Origin: an uncultured Gammaproteobacteria bacterium
Lineage (GTDB): Bacteria; Pseudomonadota; Gammaproteobacteria; JAURND01
Direction of reading: 5' to 3'
NCBI GenBank assembly: GCA_963714975.1
Contig: CAVQQD010000003.1
Location: 608,001 to 672,000, forward strand
Length of the DNA stretch: 64,000 nucleotides
This document shows positions 59,980-64,000 of this stretch, piece after piece. Positions within the stretch are counted from its first letter, which is position 1, and every line of letters begins with the position of its first letter. The position numbers were made by a program, and so were the translations under genes. Under the pieces are notes generated by a model. It was given only the letters and a program-made list of their open reading frames with translations. It did not search any database and had not been told where the DNA came from.

Positions 59980-60900
59980 ATGATGAAAAAATTAGTTACA
60001 GGAGCTAATGGTTTTATTGCGAAAGCGCTTTGTAAGCTTTTGTGTGAGCGAGGAGTTAATGTTAGAGGAACGGTAAGAGATCAGTCTCGTCCTTTGCTTA
60101 GCGGGGTGGAGCGTTATATAACTGGTAATATTAGTGGTGAGACGGATTGGGGTAATGCTTTAGCGGATGTTGATGTGGTATTTCATCTGGCCAGTACGGT
60201 ACATCGTCCTGATATCCAAGATTGCAGTATTTACCAGGTTGCAATTCCTGAAGCCACGATTAAGTTAGCCAGGCAAGCTGCTGAAAGGGGGGTGAAACAA
60301 TTTATATATTTAAGCACTTCGAAGGTGTATGGAGTTGAATCTTCTGCTGATTTAATTCAGGAGGCGCATGAGCAAAGACCAAATGCTCCTTATGGGGTGG
60401 CGAAATTGGCGGCAGAGCAGGCTTTACAGCAATTAGCTGAAAAATCAAATTTAGAAATTGTTATTGTACGCCCCCCGTTAGTTTATGGACCTGGAGTGCG
60501 CAGTAATTTTACTCTTTTAATGCAATTAGTGCAGAAATTGCCTGTGTTGCCTTTTGGCTGTGCTAATAATAAGCGCAGTTACGTTGGCGTAGATAATTTG
60601 ATTAATTTTTTGCTGCATTGCTCCGAGCATCCTAGAGCTGTAAATCAAATATTTAATATTTCTGACGACAACGATTTATGTACTAAGGAATTATGCCAAT
60701 TGATCGCGCATATATTTGACCGAAAAAGTTTTTTATTGCCAATTCCAGAAAAATTTATGTATGCTGTCTTGAAAACTATAGGCAAAAAATCATTTTATAA
60801 TAAATTATTTGAATCGGTTAGGTTGGATATTACTCAGGCAAAAAATCGATTAAATTGGGCGCCATTGTTAACGGTCGAACAGCAATTTCAAAGCTTATAA
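59980..60900 (+). CDS. NAD-dependent epimerase/reductase (WbpV/WbpK-like)
   Basis: TGANGFI, YGVAK, RPPLVYGPGV. Confidence 0.85.
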   Translation: MMKKLVTGANGFIAKALCKLLCERGVNVRGTVRDQSRPLLSGVERYITGNISGETDWGNALADVDVVFHLASTVHRPDIQDCSIYQVAIPEATIKLARQAAERGVKQFIYLSTSKVYGVESSADLIQEAHEQRPNAPYGVAKLAAEQALQQLAEKSNLEIVIVRPPLVYGPGVRSNFTLLMQLVQKLPVLPFGCANNKRSYVGVDNLINFLLHCSEHPRAVNQIFNISDDNDLCTKELCQLIAHIFDRKSFLLPIPEKFMYAVLKTIGKKSFYNKLFESVRLDITQAKNRLNWAPLLTVEQQFQSL

Positions 60901-60914
60901 AATGTACTGATCCT

Positions 60915-61952
60915 ATGCTCTTTTACATTTTTCCTAGTTTATTTTTATGCTCTGTGTTGTTAACTTACGCCTATATTCGTTACGCGCGTCAACGACAATG
61001 GCTGGACTTACCAACTAAGCGTAGCTCTCATACCATAGCGACCCCACGTGGAGGTGGCTTAATTTTTATCGGTCTTTGGGTGATAGCGGTTATTATATTC
61101 ACCCTATTCGGCTGGATACCAGGGCGGCAAATGCTGGCTTTGCTCCCAGGAGCGGTGCTGGTAGCCATAGTTGGTTTTTATGACGATCGATTTACTTTAG
61201 CAGTTAAATATCGAATGTTATGGTATTCACTTGCGGCCTTTATTAGTTTAATCATTCTGGGTGGAATTTCGAGTTTCTCTTTGGGGCAAGACATTATTTT
61301 ACCTTTGGGTTGGTTTGGTTCAGTGCTAGGTATTTTGGCAATCATTTGGTCGACTAATTTGTTTAATTTCATGGATGGAATTGACGGCATTGCTGCAGTC
61401 GAAGCCTTATTTTTGCTAGCAGTAGGTGGTTTTTTTCTGTGGCAAGTAGGAGGGCAGGGAATGGCGATTGCCGCTTGGATGCTAATGTCTTGTGTGCTTG
61501 GTTTCTTAGTTTGGAATCGGCCTCCTGCTAAGCTATTTATGGGTGATGTGGGCAGTGCTACGTTAGGTTTTATTATTATGGTGCTTGCCTTCATGAGTGA
61601 AACTCAGTATCACATTCCGGCCATTTTATGGGGCATTATGTATGGGGCATTTATTTTTGATACCACCGTCACTTTGTTGCGTCGTATCCTTGCCAAACAT
61701 AATTTATCTACCCCACATCGTTTACATGCTTATCAACGTTTGCATCAAGCTGGCTGGAGCCACGGTAAGGTCTGTTGGGCATTGGCAGGCGTTAATAGCT
61801 TTTTGGCTGCTTTAGCAATTGTTGGCTTTTATTTCCCTCATTGGCTGTTTCTTATCTCACTACTGCTAATAGCGATCAGTTTTTTAACCGGGTTATATAT
61901 TAAAGTTGAGCGCATAAAACCGATGGAATTAGGAAGACACCTGGGGAGTTAA
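60915..61952 (+). CDS. MraY/WecA-family initiating glycosyl-1-phosphate transferase (WbpL-like)
   Basis: RSSH.IATPRGGG, NLFNFMDGIDG, FMGDVGS, HRLHAYQRL. Confidence 0.9.
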   Translation: MLFYIFPSLFLCSVLLTYAYIRYARQRQWLDLPTKRSSHTIATPRGGGLIFIGLWVIAVIIFTLFGWIPGRQMLALLPGAVLVAIVGFYDDRFTLAVKYRMLWYSLAAFISLIILGGISSFSLGQDIILPLGWFGSVLGILAIIWSTNLFNFMDGIDGIAAVEALFLLAVGGFFLWQVGGQGMAIAAWMLMSCVLGFLVWNRPPAKLFMGDVGSATLGFIIMVLAFMSETQYHIPAILWGIMYGAFIFDTTVTLLRRILAKHNLSTPHRLHAYQRLHQAGWSHGKVCWALAGVNSFLAALAIVGFYFPHWLFLISLLLIAISFLTGLYIKVERIKPMELGRHLGS

Positions 61953-63070
61953 GATCTTTCTAATAAATCATTGACAATACGTTTGCTAGCTTGACCATCT
62001 CCATAAGGATTATTTACCTGGCTCATGCTGAAGTAAGCATGTGCGTCGTCAAGTAAACAGGTTAATTCCTGAAGTAAATTTGTGGGATTAGTTCCAACCA
62101 GTTTCGCATTGCCAGCAGCCACCCCTTCAGGTCTTTCTGTGGTATTTCGAGTGACTAGCACAGGTTTGCCAAAGGTGGGGGCTTCCTCTTGAATGCCACC
62201 GGAATCAGTGACCACTAAGTAGCAACGTTGTAGTAGGTAAATTAGCGAAATATAATCTATGGGGTCAATTAAATGAACGTTTGATAAGTTCCCTAAAGCC
62301 ATTTTAGCGGGTTTTTGTACGCGGGGATTAAGGTGTACTGGATAGATGATTTCAACATCGGCCCTTTGCGCGATGGTGTTAAGTGCCTCAAAAACTTGGC
62401 TTAAGCCGCTATGCCAATTTTCGCGACGATGTCCGGTGACTAAAATTAAGCGTTTTTGTGGATCTAAAAAATTAAATTGTCTTGCTAAGCTATCTTGTAA
62501 TTGCGTATCTTGCTCAATGCGCGAAGAGGTAAAGAGTAATGCGTCTACTACGGTATTTCCTGTGATAACGATGCATTGTGATGGTATTCTTTCCGTTTGC
62601 AGATTATTTTTTGCTTCTAAGGTAGGAGCATAATGAACGGTGCTAACCACCGAGATTAAATGGCGATTAGCTTCTTCTGGCCAAGGCGAATCTAAGCAGT
62701 AGGTCCGCAGGCCTGCCTCGATATGTGCCACTTTGATATTATGATAGAAGGCTGCTAGTGCACTACTGAATGCGGTGGTAGTGTCCCCTTGCACCAAAAC
62801 CCAATCTGGGGCAGAATTGCTCAGCAAGGATTCTAATTCTAATAATGGCTTAACTGTGAGATTAGTGAGAGATTGTTGTCTTTCCATGAGGTTTAAATCG
62901 TAATCGGGCTGGATATTGAAAAATGTTAACATTTGGTCCAGCATTTCGCGATGTTGCCCTGTAACACAAACATGAGTAGTAATTTTGTCGGCATGTCGTT
63001 GTAGCTCTTGAATGACAGGAGCCATTTTTACTGCTTCGGGGCGGGTGCCAAAAATGCAAAGAACATCCAT
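61949..63070 (-). CDS. wecB: UDP-GlcNAc 2-epimerase
   Basis: GTRPEAVKMAP, VQGDTTT, HIEAGLRT, HRREN, DSGGIQEEAP. Confidence 0.93.
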   Translation of the reverse strand: MDVLCIFGTRPEAVKMAPVIQELQRHADKITTHVCVTGQHREMLDQMLTFFNIQPDYDLNLMERQQSLTNLTVKPLLELESLLSNSAPDWVLVQGDTTTAFSSALAAFYHNIKVAHIEAGLRTYCLDSPWPEEANRHLISVVSTVHYAPTLEAKNNLQTERIPSQCIVITGNTVVDALLFTSSRIEQDTQLQDSLARQFNFLDPQKRLILVTGHRRENWHSGLSQVFEALNTIAQRADVEIIYPVHLNPRVQKPAKMALGNLSNVHLIDPIDYISLIYLLQRCYLVVTDSGGIQEEAPTFGKPVLVTRNTTERPEGVAAGNAKLVGTNPTNLLQELTCLLDDAHAYFSMSQVNNPYGDGQASKRIVNDLLERS

Positions 63071-63136
63071 GAGTTTTCTCCTTGGTTTTAATTATAGGTG
63101 AGTAATGAGTAAATTCCAGCGGACAAGAACATTACT

Positions 63137-64000
63137 ATGAAAGTAATGACCATTGTCGGAACACGACCAGAATTAATTAAATTGAGTTGTGTGATTAAAT
63201 TGCTTGATCAACATTTAGATCATGTTTTTGTTCACACCGGTCAAAATTATGATTACGAGTTAAATGAAATTTTTTACAAAGAATTAGGGGTGCGTCAACC
63301 CGATTATTTTTTATCTGCTGCAGGTGACACCCCGGCTGAAACAGTGGCAATGGTTATCCACAAAATTGATCAATTGTTAGCTAAAGAAAAGCCTGATGCT
63401 TTTTTATTATTAGGAGATACCAACAGTTGTTTATCTGTATATGCAGCAAAACGTCGGCAAATACCTATTTTTCACCTAGAAGCAGGTAATCGTTGTTTTG
63501 ATATGCGGGTTCCCGAAGAAGTAAATCGTCGCATAGTAGATCATGTTAGCGATGTTAACCTTGTCTATACTGAACATGCTCGTCGTTATTTATTAGCAGA
63601 AGGTTTACCTGGAGAGCTTGTCCTGAAAATAGGGTCTCCGATGCAAGAAATTTATAATGAACATTTGCCTCAAATAAGTAAATCTACGGTGTTAACACGG
63701 TTAAATCTCCAGGAACAAAAATATTTTATCGTGAGCTTACATCGCGAGGAAAATGTAGATTACGAAGCAAATTTTCAAAATTTCTTAGCTTCATTGCTTG
63801 CAATCGAAAAGAAATATCAATTTCCGATCATTGTTTCAACCCATCCTCGTACGAGAAAACGTTTAGAATCCTTGGGTGTTGATTTTACTAGCGAAATGAT
63901 TCATTTTTTGCCGCCTTTAGGATTTTTTGATTATGTGTTCTTAATGCAACAAAGCTTTTGTGCCATCTCCGATAGCGGAACCATTACTGAGGAAGCTTCT
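63137..64000 (+). CDS. Second 2-epimerase (FnlC/WbjD/QnlB-type), runs off the window
   Basis: MKVMTIVGTRPELIKLS, HTGQNYDYELNEIF, EAGNRCFDMRVPEE.NR, HREENVD, SDSGTITEE. Confidence 0.88.
   Translation, partial: MKVMTIVGTRPELIKLSCVIKLLDQHLDHVFVHTGQNYDYELNEIFYKELGVRQPDYFLSAAGDTPAETVAMVIHKIDQLLAKEKPDAFLLLGDTNSCLSVYAAKRRQIPIFHLEAGNRCFDMRVPEEVNRRIVDHVSDVNLVYTEHARRYLLAEGLPGELVLKIGSPMQEIYNEHLPQISKSTVLTRLNLQEQKYFIVSLHREENVDYEANFQNFLASLLAIEKKYQFPIIVSTHPRTRKRLESLGVDFTSEMIHFLPPLGFFDYVFLMQQSFCAISDSGTITEEAS

Noticed and set aside
1041-63059. Many short alternate-frame or antisense ORFs in the ORF track
   Set aside because: They overlap well-supported genes and have no recognisable domains

Overview
Chromosomal window from a gammaproteobacterium, most likely Legionellales/Coxiellaceae-like. 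That is inferred from PmrA-type boxes upstream of effector-like orphan genes and from the LuxR, AAA-PDDEXK and GNAT/APH gene types. 1-3.4 kb: the right end of a genomic island (MFS, methyltransferase, LuxR, a MatP-like gene), ending in a 3'-half copy of tRNA-Thr(CGT) (attR). 3.6-12.9 kb: a four-gene IS21-family element (Cys4 protein, ParB-like protein, istA, istB) with CC...GG ends and a 5-bp target duplication. An IS1380-family element sits in its istA and a decayed RIT (three-recombinase) element sits in its istB. 13-21.4 kb: a TA module and a scrambled cluster of small detox-type genes (VanX-like, GNATs, methyltransferases, APH kinases, racemase). 21.5-45.5 kb: core genes (bamE, fur, ubiA, dapB, rsmJ, glgE, feoABC, gcvR, bcp) mixed with effector-like genes, many palindromic repeats, a GIY-YIG gene bracketed by inverted repeats, a 178-bp MITE and a symE/symR-like leader. 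45.6-64 kb: an O-antigen/polysaccharide cluster (wbpABDE, wzx, asnB, wzy-like, L-QuiNAc/FucNAc-type genes, two 2-epimerases). No CRISPR array, rRNA or intact tRNA was seen. All family assignments come from motif recognition by eye, not database searches.
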